Origin: an uncultured Gammaproteobacteria bacterium
GTDB taxonomy: Bacteria > Patescibacteriota > Patescibacteriia > Magasanikbacterales > GWA2-37-8
Length of the DNA: 64,000 bases
NCBI GenBank assembly: GCA_964561035.1
Contig: CAZLNR010000001.1
Location: 40,577-104,576 of the forward strand
Reading direction: 5' to 3'
This document shows, in pieces, positions 1 through 7,957 of the stretch (the first letter of the stretch is position 1; every line of letters starts with the position of its first letter). A program made the translations under genes and the position numbers. Under the pieces are notes generated by a model, which saw only the letters and a program-made list of their open reading frames with translations, had not been told where the DNA came from and did not search any database.

Positions 1-588
1 CGCGATTTGCGTCCTGATGATTTTACACAATCGCGTCATATATTTAACATACCCGAACAGGCGCCGGTAATCTTGGCTATGGGCGGCGGCACAGGTTCTG
101 CTACAATTAATAAGCTGGTGGTTGAGGCGTTGCCGGCGTGGCCTCGCAATTGGCATATCATACATTTGGTTGGTAGAGAGCGTCCAAAAGATTTGCAGGA
201 AAACGCAACTAAGGTTTTTCCTAATTATCATGTGTATCCATTTTTGAAATCCGAAATGAAAGATGCGTATGCTATTGCGGATGTGGTTATAACTCGAGCT
301 GGATTTGGAAGTTTGACGGAACTTGCTTCACTTGGTAAAGCGGCTATTGTTTTGCCGATGGCAGGAACACACCAGGAAGTAAATGCGCACTTACTTGCTC
401 AGCAAAAAGCAGTGATTGTTATGGATGAGCGTATGGATAGCGGGTTAAAATTAGCTCGTTTAGTGGCAGATTTGATTGATATGTCAGAAACTAGAAATTA
501 TTTGGGAGATCGATTGCATACTGTTTTACCCCCTGCAGAGCCAAAACAGATTATGGAAATTATTGACAAATTGGCTAATGTTAGATAA
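1..588 (+). CDS. murG: UDP-N-acetylglucosamine--N-acetylmuramyl-(pentapeptide) pyrophosphoryl-undecaprenol GlcNAc transferase, C-terminal domain (5' end outside window)
   Basis: The frame is open from base 1. The C-terminal GT-B half carries a GGGTGS-type glycine loop. Similarity to MurG was recognised by eye. Confidence 0.75.
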   Translation, partial: RDLRPDDFTQSRHIFNIPEQAPVILAMGGGTGSATINKLVVEALPAWPRNWHIIHLVGRERPKDLQENATKVFPNYHVYPFLKSEMKDAYAIADVVITRAGFGSLTELASLGKAAIVLPMAGTHQEVNAHLLAQQKAVIVMDERMDSGLKLARLVADLIDMSETRNYLGDRLHTVLPPAEPKQIMEIIDKLANVR

Positions 589-696
589 AATTATGTATAT
601 ACGCATAATTACCCACAGAAAAAAATAATACACAATACAATGGGGTTGATTATTTTTTAGAATTAGTATAGAATTAAGTCCGTATAGTTCACACTT

Positions 697-772
<76 letters not shown>

Positions 773-791
773 AGAGTAAAATAAGTATGTT

Positions 792-865
792 GGGCGTTTA
801 GCTCAGTTGGTTAGAGCGCCTCGTTTACACCGAGGAGGTCTAGGGTTCGAATCCCTAAGCGCCTA
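792..865 (+). tRNA. tRNA-Val (anticodon UAC)
   Basis: 74-nt cloverleaf: acceptor GGGCGTT/AGCGCCT with two G-U pairs, anticodon stem CCTCG/CGAGG, loop TTTACAC, T-arm TAGGG-TTCGAAT-CCCTA. No CCA is encoded. Confidence 0.8.
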
Positions 866-986
866 CAAGTCAAGCGAGCAAAAAGTTTTGCTCGCGATAG
901 GGATGAGAACGCCGGAGCCATGTCCGCTCGCGCGGACGGCGAGGCGGTGGCTAACCCGAGTTGGCCGAGCCAACGAGAGGTGAAGC

Positions 987-1007
987 CGAATCCCTAAGCG
1001 CCTACAA
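987..1007 (+). repeat. 21-bp direct repeat duplicating the tRNA-Val 3' end (first copy at 848..868)
   Basis: The string cgaatccctaagcgcctacaa is present at 848..868 (T-arm and acceptor 3' side of tRNA-Val) and again at 987..1007. The 118-bp spacer between the copies is GC-rich. Confidence 0.85.
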
Positions 1008-1019
1008 ATTAAATTAAAA

Positions 1020-1048
1020 AACCACATTGTATTTCAATGTGGTTTTTT
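1020..1048 (+). terminator. Rho-independent terminator after the tRNA pair
   Basis: Hairpin ccacattg-tatttc-caatgtgg followed by a T6 run. Confidence 0.6.
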
Positions 1049-1058
1049 AATATTTATT

Positions 1059-1130
1059 TTTTCTCGTCCCGGTGCCTATGGTTTTATCATGATAAGTTTT
1101 TAGATAAAACTATAGGCACTACACAGGGAC
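1059..1130. repeat. Imperfect ~23-bp inverted repeat flanking an AT-rich core at the edge of the GC-rich patch
   Basis: Left arm ctcgtcccggtgcctatggtttt, right arm aaaactataggcactacacagggacgag, core atcatgataagtttttagat. It lies immediately 3' of the minus-strand lipoprotein gene. Confidence 0.5.
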
Positions 1131-1149
1131 GAGCGATTGGCCCGCGTCG

Positions 1150-1656
1150 TCAGTTGTTGGCGACCGTCAACGTTGACTCTTCGATCGTCACGATCCTCTT
1201 CCCGTGGAACGTTCCGCGGGGCAGGAAGGTGATCTCGCGATCACCATCGAAGACGCGGAACGAGTCCGCGCTGTCATCGCCTTCGATGTAGAAGACGATG
1301 TGTCGCATGCCTGGCGGCAATGCGATCCAATACTCTCGTCCCGTCTTGTCGACGGGCGTGAGCACTTGCTCAACGTATTTGGCGTCATCGTCACCGCCGG
1401 TCTCGTTGTTCTTCTTGATGATCTGGGTCACCGTCGCCGTCGTGGCGCCACCCGGTTCGAGCACCAGTCGGTACTCGAACCGGGTGGTGTTCGTGCCGGC
1501 GAACTCGGTCGCCGGCTTGGTTGCTGCCGGTTCGTTCGGTGGCAGCGACGCCGTCGTCGTGACCGCCACGGTGTAGTGACGGTTGTTGGCACCGCCGCAA
1601 GCGATGGTGCCGATGATGGTGAAGAACAACAGGAGCACGAAGAATGCGTTGCGCAT
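1150..1656 (-). CDS. Lipoprotein of unknown function encoded in a GC-rich (~60%) patch
   Basis: 168-aa ORF with signal peptide MRNAFFVLLLFFTIIGTIAC carrying a lipobox (TIAC). A G-rich SD-like stretch (ggggggaa) lies upstream. Codons are GC3-rich, unlike the rest of the window. The overlapping antisense ORFs (1204..1770+, 1188..1394-, 1391..1600-) are treated as spurious. Confidence 0.55.
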   Translation of the reverse strand: MRNAFFVLLLFFTIIGTIACGGANNRHYTVAVTTTASLPPNEPAATKPATEFAGTNTTRFEYRLVLEPGGATTATVTQIIKKNNETGGDDDAKYVEQVLTPVDKTGREYWIALPPGMRHIVFYIEGDDSADSFRVFDGDREITFLPRGTFHGKRIVTIEESTLTVANN

Positions 1657-1956
1657 GGCGGGTTCCCCCCTAGAGACTACCTTTTACACCCGGGATCCTG
1701 GGTGCGAGGAGCTAGGCAGAAACTGCCGAGCATTCTAGGTACAAATATACCCACAATGCTCAGCAGTTAGCGATTTTAAAGAGCTTTTTAGTTATTTTTT
1801 ATCTTTACTTTATAATTTCTTTATATGTATCTTAGCCATATTTTTTTCATTTTGTCAAGTATGCACGTGCGATTTACTATATATGTAGCATAATAATTTC
1901 TAGCAATCCTTTCAAGTTAATGATGCTTAAAAATTTGTGGTATAATTATATATGCT

Positions 1957-3135
1957 ATGACAAAACAACCTGAAGAGCAAAAAATTATTTTACATCAGGG
2001 TATTTATAAGCGACCTGTTTCCATTGCGGATGCCGTATTTATGATTACGGGCATGACTATTGGCGCCGGAGTGTTGGGTATTCCATACGTGGTGGCGCAG
2101 ACAGGGTTAATTATTGGCATCTCCTATATCTTGGTATTGGGTTTGATAATGCTTAGTTTAAATTTGCTGTTAGGCGAAATTGCAATACGCGCCAATGAAT
2201 CATTGCAGATTCCTGGTTTGGTGGGGAAATATTTGGGCAAATGGCCGAAAATTTTAATCAATATCATGATAGTTTTCGGTTCATTTGGCGCGCTGTTGGC
2301 ATATATTATTGGTGAAGGCCAGTCATTATCCGCATTGTTTGGAGGAGATCCAGTGGTTTGGAGTGTTATTTTTTGGAGTATTGCCAGTGTGGTGGTCTGG
2401 AAAGGGCTGCAGGCCGTAAAAACAGTAGAGAAATTGCTTAGCGTTATGGTTATGTCCATTATTGTTGGTATTTCTTTTTATATTTTAAAAGATTTTGACA
2501 CTGCGCATTGGGCCTATACAAATGTGAGTAAATTTTTCGTGCCATACGGTGTAATTTTGTTTGCTTTAAATGGTACGCCGGCCATTATTGAAGCGCACGC
2601 ATTGTTGCCAAAAGATAATCGCAGTTTTAAAAAAGCTCTTATTATAGGCTCTATTATTCCAATTATAATTTATATATTATTTGCTATAGCCGTGGTTGGT
2701 GCCACTGGTCTCAGTACGACCGAGGTAGCAACTATTGGTTTGGGTCAAAAGTTCGGTACAGGAGTATTGGTATTTGGCAATATTTTTGCGATTCTAGCCA
2801 TGAGTGCTGGGTTTATAGGCTCAGGCACAGCCTTGAAACAAAATTTTGTCTGGGATAATAAAATGAACCCATTTTTGGCAGAGCTTGCCGTTGTTTCTAT
2901 TCCGCTGCTACTGTTTATATTAGGAGTACGTCAATTTATTTCTATCCTCAGTGTGGCAGGCGGCTTGGTGATTGGCACAGAAGCGTTGTTATTGGTTTTG
3001 GTATGCTGGCAAGCGAGAAAAAAAAGCGTAATAAAAACAGAAGGATACTCGTTGCATCATTTCTGGTTATTGGCAGTGCCAATTTTTTTGATATTTACTT
3101 TGTTTACTCTTAGAACTATTTTGGCAATCGTCTAA
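1957..3135 (+). CDS. Amino acid permease / transporter (APC superfamily-like, about 11 TM)
   Basis: 392-aa polytopic membrane protein. The N-terminal motif IGAGVLGIPY and overall hydrophobic pattern are typical of amino-acid/aromatic amino-acid permeases. A promoter-like TTGTCA-17-TACTAT lies at 1854..1882. Confidence 0.7.
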   Translation: MTKQPEEQKIILHQGIYKRPVSIADAVFMITGMTIGAGVLGIPYVVAQTGLIIGISYILVLGLIMLSLNLLLGEIAIRANESLQIPGLVGKYLGKWPKILINIMIVFGSFGALLAYIIGEGQSLSALFGGDPVVWSVIFWSIASVVVWKGLQAVKTVEKLLSVMVMSIIVGISFYILKDFDTAHWAYTNVSKFFVPYGVILFALNGTPAIIEAHALLPKDNRSFKKALIIGSIIPIIIYILFAIAVVGATGLSTTEVATIGLGQKFGTGVLVFGNIFAILAMSAGFIGSGTALKQNFVWDNKMNPFLAELAVVSIPLLLFILGVRQFISILSVAGGLVIGTEALLLVLVCWQARKKSVIKTEGYSLHHFWLLAVPIFLIFTLFTLRTILAIV

Positions 3136-3143
3136 CCATGGTT

Positions 3144-4934
3144 TTATGGCTTAACTATAGAGCCAGATCGCGATCCAGCATCGTTGGTATTGAGATTGTT
3201 TGAGATAGGCAGGTGGGAGATGTTTAAATTCTTTTTTACAATGCTGTCAGTGGCAGATAGAGAAATGGTATTTGTAAGACGTAGATTTTTGCCAACTTGG
3301 TTGCTGGTTGGGGTTACGGCTACTTCAAAATACAGACCTGTTTGACTGTTGGCCGGCAGTGAATAGTAGTCCCATGATACTGATCGGTTGGCTGAATTAA
3401 ATGCTAGAGCAGGGCCAATGGTTGTGCTTTGTTTTCCTGTAAATTCAACTCCTTCTGGCAAGGATGTTTCCAGGTTAACATTTTCTATAGCATTTGTAGT
3501 GTTAGCAATAGTGATAAAGACCCAATATTTGGTTGTTTTGCCTACTTGTGGAGGCAGTGAACCGCGGCCAAGCTGATCGCCTTCGGCTGTATAGTAGCGA
3601 GCTTCGGTACCAACAAAAGAAACTTCGGTAGCTAGGATTGTGGAAATTCCTGTGCCGCGTTGATTTATTGTCTGATCAGATATGCCCGCAATCTTTGCTT
3701 CAATGGTTGGAAAAATTTCCAAATGAGCGTTTTCAGTATTGGAAATATTAAGCGTTGGTTTAAGATAGATATTTATAACAAACGAATCGCTATTGCCTGG
3801 TTTTCCGTCAGCCAGGCTGGTTCGATTTGACCTGCTAAAGTAGATGCCTTTTTCTTCTAGCTGTGCATGAGCTTCAGCCGCAGTTTTTTTCCAATCAATT
3901 GAGTTTGGAAAATTTGAACTAATATGCAAGTTTGCGTCTGTGATGGCCATAGATCCTTTATTTTCCCAGGAAATACGAACAGGGATAGTCTGTCCCGGCT
4001 CTACAAAAGTAATATTATTAACAAGATCTACCCGGGCTTCAATTTGAGGTACGATGTTGTTTATGTTTTGTATGGAAGGCGCTTGGGAAATAGGGTGATT
4101 GTTTATGGTTATTATTGGTGCGATTGTTTTTTGGTAGTTACCCGGTGCGGACATGCTGGCAAAGGTGCCGGTAAAACTTCTATTACTATGCGCGGGTATA
4201 GTAATGTTTTTAGAGTCTTTTTCTGATATTGCTTGTCCGAAATTATGTTGCAATGAAATGTTTTCTAGTGTTTGGTCGCTCGTGTTGTGGAGGGTGTAAG
4301 TAAACTTAACAGGGCTGTTTGCGAATGTGGTGGTAGGAGAGGATAGCTCGCCCCAAAGTACGCTCTCTGATAGTTGTGAAATAAGCGAGGCAAGTTTTTG
4401 GTCGCGATTCTTTTTTGTATCGGGCCGATAAGATAAGTTGGCGATAAATTTTGATTCTTGAGAAGGATTGGACCAAAATCGGCCGTTAATTTCAAGTTGT
4501 TTGGATGCGCCCGGTTTAATTTCGGTGATTGCGGGAAAGATATATTGGTCTGAAAATATTTCTTTTGGTGTTTTGTTGCGGTCAATAATAAACCCTTCTG
4601 GAAGTTTAATGCCTAAAGAAACCTCCGATAAAGTATATTTACTATGGTTCGTATACTCCAAAGTTAGCCGCACATAATCACCGCTTTTAACGCGTGTTTC
4701 ACCCAAAGATAAAGACAGATCGATAAGTCCGGCGATGCTTGGTTTCCAGAAAAAAAGAAAAAGGCTGCCTGTCATCATAATGACTGCTGTAGCCAGAAGC
4801 ATGAGATCAAAGACAAATAATTTTTTTGCATGCTGGTAGATGCCGTGATAGTGTGTGTGATAATGATGTTTAAGAAAGCGAATCATATAAAAAATTGTAT
4901 AATTTATTATATCCTTTTTAGGGTCTTTATACAA
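3144..4934 (-). CDS. Membrane-anchored cell-surface protein with repeated beta-sandwich (DUF11/CARDB-like) modules
   Basis: 596-aa ORF with an N-terminal His-rich segment and one TM helix (LMLLATAVIMMTGSLFLFFW), followed by Ser/Thr/Asn-rich repeats. The start could be internal (MIRF at ~4886). Operonic with the HTH gene upstream. Confidence 0.55.
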   Translation of the reverse strand: MYKDPKKDIINYTIFYMIRFLKHHYHTHYHGIYQHAKKLFVFDLMLLATAVIMMTGSLFLFFWKPSIAGLIDLSLSLGETRVKSGDYVRLTLEYTNHSKYTLSEVSLGIKLPEGFIIDRNKTPKEIFSDQYIFPAITEIKPGASKQLEINGRFWSNPSQESKFIANLSYRPDTKKNRDQKLASLISQLSESVLWGELSSPTTTFANSPVKFTYTLHNTSDQTLENISLQHNFGQAISEKDSKNITIPAHSNRSFTGTFASMSAPGNYQKTIAPIITINNHPISQAPSIQNINNIVPQIEARVDLVNNITFVEPGQTIPVRISWENKGSMAITDANLHISSNFPNSIDWKKTAAEAHAQLEEKGIYFSRSNRTSLADGKPGNSDSFVINIYLKPTLNISNTENAHLEIFPTIEAKIAGISDQTINQRGTGISTILATEVSFVGTEARYYTAEGDQLGRGSLPPQVGKTTKYWVFITIANTTNAIENVNLETSLPEGVEFTGKQSTTIGPALAFNSANRSVSWDYYSLPANSQTGLYFEVAVTPTSNQVGKNLRLTNTISLSATDSIVKKNLNISHLPISNNLNTNDAGSRSGSIVKP

Positions 4935-4996
4935 ATAGAGTGCAATAAAAAACTCCTTAAGAAGTAAGGAGTTTTTTAGTTTGAGATTGTCAGTTA

Positions 4997-5362
4997 TTAT
5001 TGGTTGGAGGTTGTGGGGTTTTCTGGAAGCTTGGTTGCTTCTGCTGTTGGTTGAGTGGGTAAAGGTTTGCGGTAAGCAGGGGAGTAAAGCGGGTTTTTGA
5101 TTTTCCAGTTTCCTACAAATTGTCCAATACCTTTATTTTCCAATTTGTTTTTAATAGTAGTGTGCCGCTGAGACCATTTTACCAAGCTTTCAAAGTTAAG
5201 CTTGTATCGTCCTGCAACGACTATATATACGATTTCCTTAGCAGCGATTGCGCGTCTAATTGTCTGTGAATTTACACCAAAAAGCTTGGCTGCCTCAGAG
5301 ATTGATACTCTGATAACTTCCTTTGGCTTGTCCATATCAGAGGTCTGTATTGGTTTATCCAT
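4997..5362 (-). CDS. Helix-turn-helix DNA-binding protein (excisionase/Xis-like HTH_17 family)
   Basis: The HTH segment ISEAAKLFGVNSQTIRRAIAAKEIVYIVVAGRYKL matches the MerR/Xis-type HTH. The ORF track starts at 5398, but a palindrome occupies 5368..5389, so the ATG at 5362 (MDKPIQ...) is preferred. Confidence 0.65.
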   Translation of the reverse strand: MDKPIQTSDMDKPKEVIRVSISEAAKLFGVNSQTIRRAIAAKEIVYIVVAGRYKLNFESLVKWSQRHTTIKNKLENKGIGQFVGNWKIKNPLYSPAYRKPLPTQPTAEATKLPENPTTSNQ

Positions 5363-5367
5363 AGAAA

Positions 5368-5389
5368 TTGTATAGATTAATCTATACAA
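5368..5389. promoter_or_regulatory. Operator-like palindrome P1: TTGTATAGAT-TA-ATCTATACAA
   Basis: Perfect 10-bp arms with a 2-bp spacer, immediately upstream of the HTH gene start. Confidence 0.55.
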
Positions 5390-5441
5390 ATATAGCATAA
5401 TTTCAGCTTTTTGTCAAGTATCTGTGGTAGTGTAGGGGCTC

Positions 5442-5493
5442 GCAGAATACATGAATTTGTATACACTTGTGTATACAAATTCATGTATTCTGC
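5442..5493. promoter_or_regulatory. Operator-like palindrome P2: 52-bp perfect inverted repeat (25-bp arms) with core TTGTATACAC-TT-GTGTATACAA
   Basis: gcagaatacatgaatttgtatacac / tt / gtgtatacaaattcatgtattctgc; the reverse complement matches exactly. Confidence 0.6.
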
Positions 5494-5525
5494 CTATAGA
5501 GTATGGTATATGTGATGGTGTTTTA

Positions 5526-5547
5526 TTTGTATACGCTTGTGTATACA
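5526..5547. promoter_or_regulatory. Operator-like palindrome P3: TTGTATACGC-TT-GTGTATACAA, plus a half-site TTGTATAAT at 5552..5560
   Basis: One mismatch relative to the P2 core. The three centres are spaced 89 and 69 bp apart in the divergent HTH / ECF-sigma intergenic region. Confidence 0.55.
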
Positions 5548-5739
5548 AAATTTGTATAATCAAAGTAGGCTATAATCAATAAAATTTTATAATGTTTTTT
5601 TCTTTAAAATAAAGATGTATCTAAGACGTATCTAATTTGACGAAATAGCGATTTTTTGCTATGGTATGTACCACTTTTATTGTATGTTTAGGCAAACAAA
5701 TAGAAGTGTAACATTTTTATTACTCGTACGTCTTCTTTA

Positions 5740-6321
5740 ATGCCTAGTAACAAAATATCAGAAAAAATAATTCTGTTTAAGCTTCGCGTAAATCAAGATC
5801 CGGAAGAGTTTGCGAAGTTATACGATATGTATGCTGGGCAAATCTACAGCTTTGTTTTTTTTAAAGTGTCAAACAGAGAAGAGGCTGAAGATATTGCATC
5901 AGAGGTATTTCTGAAAGCCTGGAGATATGTAAGCGAAAAAAAACCTATTGAAAGCTTTAGTGGATTATTATACAAACTGGCGCGCAACGCAATTGTAGAT
6001 CTGTATCGAAAAAAATCGCACCATAAAGAAATTTCTTTAGTAAAAAAGAATGAAGAGAATGAGCTGGAGGACGGTCTTGAAACAAAAGAGGTTTGGAGTG
6101 TAGGAATGGAAGAACAAATAGGAGAGAAGATAGAAATAGAAAAAATTATTAAAGCATTAAAAAAACTAAAACAAGAATATAGGGAAGTTATTACTCTGAG
6201 ATATGTTGATGAAATGGATATAAGTGAAATTGCCGAAATTACCGGCAAGGGCGCAATCGCGGTAAGGGTAACGCTTCATAGAGGTTTAAAAAAATTAAAA
6301 AATTTATTGGATAGAAAATAA
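5740..6321 (+). CDS. RNA polymerase sigma factor, ECF (sigma-70 regions 2 and 4)
   Basis: Region 2-like segment YSFVFFKV..EDIASEVFLKAW and region 4 HTH VITLRYVDEMDISEIAEITGKGAIAVRVTLHRGLKKL. Confidence 0.85.
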   Translation: MPSNKISEKIILFKLRVNQDPEEFAKLYDMYAGQIYSFVFFKVSNREEAEDIASEVFLKAWRYVSEKKPIESFSGLLYKLARNAIVDLYRKKSHHKEISLVKKNEENELEDGLETKEVWSVGMEEQIGEKIEIEKIIKALKKLKQEYREVITLRYVDEMDISEIAEITGKGAIAVRVTLHRGLKKLKNLLDRK

Positions 6322-6331
6322 AGGTCAAAGT

Positions 6332-7687
6332 ATGTCAAAAATTCTAATTAGACAATTAAAAACTTTGCGGCATAAAGAAGTTAAGCCGAATGAAGTGTGG
6401 TTAAAAAATAACCGCGATCTTTTATTGTCTCAGATTAGAAACACAGTTTCCGTACAGCCTGCCCGTAAAATGACTTTTGATAACTTTGTAGAATTTTTTG
6501 CAATCTTTTTGCCCCAATCATTTGTACATCGCGTAGTGCGACCAATGGTTGCGTTTATCTTGGTGTTGGCTATGGGCGTAGGTAGTTGGGTTGCCACAGT
6601 GAGTGCTTCGTACCAAGCTTTGCCTGGAGATTTTCTGTATTCCGCTAAGCGCGCTACTGAAACTATCCAAGTTAGGGGAGCCGAAGCTGTTGGTAATACC
6701 AATAACGCGGCAAAATTACATCTTGAATTTGCAAAGCGCCGAGCCGCTGAAACCAAAACAATCGTTTCTCAAAACAATCCAGAAAAGATAAATCTCGCAG
6801 CGCAAACAGTTGGTGATCTTAAAAATGAAATTCAAAATATCAACTCTAAATTAGAAGAGATTAAAACTTCAGACGATTCAGCAGGGGAATTGGTAAAAGA
6901 TATCAATAAAAATACTCAAGAAATAAACGGCGTATTAAAAGAAGTAAAAGTCAATTTACTAATTAGTACTGATAAAGAAAATTCTGCCGATCTTGCTACC
7001 CAGGTTTCAGAAGTAAAAAGCATCGTAAAAGACACGGCTGTCAAAGCTGTAGAGGTTATGGTTGTGAAGCATTTGCAAGGAGATGAATCTGTTTCTAAAG
7101 ACGATGTAAAAGAGGCGATTGCCACTCAGCTCCAAAGCGCAGCTAAAGATGTAGTTGAATCTAAAGATAGTATTACTGAAGTAAACAAAGCTATAAATGT
7201 TGTTAAAACGGAAGTAACAAATGCTATAGCAAAAGAAACTAAATATACTTCGCTGACAACTACAGCTGAGAATGCACAGTTATCAGAAAAAATTGAAGCA
7301 ACTTCAAAACAAACTCAGGAAGCTGTAACCAATTTTCAAAAAGTAAGCACTGAAACTGACAAAACAGTAAGCGAAGGAAAAGAGTTGTTGTCTCAAGACA
7401 ATCTTTCTTCCGCAATTGATAAGATTAAAGCGGTTAATGCGGCAACAGCAGAGGTGGAAAAAATTACCGACGCTACGTTAAAAGCCGTTCAAGAAATATT
7501 GCCGGTTGTTAGCGCGGTGGCAGATGCGGTGAATATACCAAGCAGTACAAGTGTTGCGGTTACTACTACGCCAAATTCAAGTACGTTTGGTATAGTGCTG
7601 AGTCAGTCTAGTACTATTAAGTTTGTCACGACTACCACGTCAACAGTGTCTTTAAAAACAACCACTACTCCAGCCGCAAAACCATAA
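6332..7687 (+). CDS. Putative anti-sigma factor, single-pass membrane protein (DUF5667-like) with long coiled-coil ectodomain
   Basis: Lies immediately downstream of the ECF sigma gene. One TM helix (RPMVAFILVLAMGVGSWVATV), followed by a K/E/T-rich helical region and a Thr-rich C-terminus. The family assignment is from memory of CPR anti-sigma arrangements. Confidence 0.55.
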   Translation: MSKILIRQLKTLRHKEVKPNEVWLKNNRDLLLSQIRNTVSVQPARKMTFDNFVEFFAIFLPQSFVHRVVRPMVAFILVLAMGVGSWVATVSASYQALPGDFLYSAKRATETIQVRGAEAVGNTNNAAKLHLEFAKRRAAETKTIVSQNNPEKINLAAQTVGDLKNEIQNINSKLEEIKTSDDSAGELVKDINKNTQEINGVLKEVKVNLLISTDKENSADLATQVSEVKSIVKDTAVKAVEVMVVKHLQGDESVSKDDVKEAIATQLQSAAKDVVESKDSITEVNKAINVVKTEVTNAIAKETKYTSLTTTAENAQLSEKIEATSKQTQEAVTNFQKVSTETDKTVSEGKELLSQDNLSSAIDKIKAVNAATAEVEKITDATLKAVQEILPVVSAVADAVNIPSSTSVAVTTTPNSSTFGIVLSQSSTIKFVTTTTSTVSLKTTTTPAAKP

Positions 7688-7696
7688 ACATAAAAA

Positions 7697-7730
7697 GGAT
7701 TTCTCAAAAATTTTTGAGAATTTCCTTTCT
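7697..7730 (+). terminator. Terminator-like hairpin after the anti-sigma gene
   Basis: ttctcaaaaa/tttttgagaa perfect 10-bp stem followed by a T-rich tract. Confidence 0.5.
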
Positions 7731-7957
7731 GTGATAAAATGTTTTATCCCAGAAAGGAGAGAGAGTTTCAATGTTTAGCAGGCCTTTGGCTGAAAGAACG
7801 TTGAAATAAAAGAGTTTAAATAGTGGCTATTGCAACAGGTCGAGGGCTGGTAACAGCTCGCAAAGCTTTTGTATCCCCACACGGGGAAAGCTTTGACCCA
7901 ACGGCGATTCGTTTTACGAAGCGATGAAGGGTCAGAGGATAATTATTTTATAAAATT

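Noticed and set aside
1188-1770. Overlapping ORFs 1204..1770(+), 1298..1576(+), 1188..1394(-), 1391..1600(-) in the GC-rich patch
   Set aside because: High-GC DNA yields long spurious frames. These are antisense or out-of-frame relative to the lipoprotein ORF, which has a signal peptide and a lipobox. Their products are Arg/Gly/Asp-rich low-complexity strings.
1852-1863. Shared 12-mer tttgtcaagtat at 1852 and 5409
   Set aside because: Too short to be significant in AT-rich DNA. Only the 1854 copy has a properly spaced -10 (TACTAT). The 5411 copy is in the wrong orientation for the HTH gene and 330 bp from the sigma gene.
5844-6248. Antisense ORF inside the ECF sigma gene (also 6430..6756, 54356..54733, 56123..56395, 63232..63663 within other genes)
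   Set aside because: Antisense frames of confidently identified genes. Their products are Ser/Phe-rich low-complexity strings.
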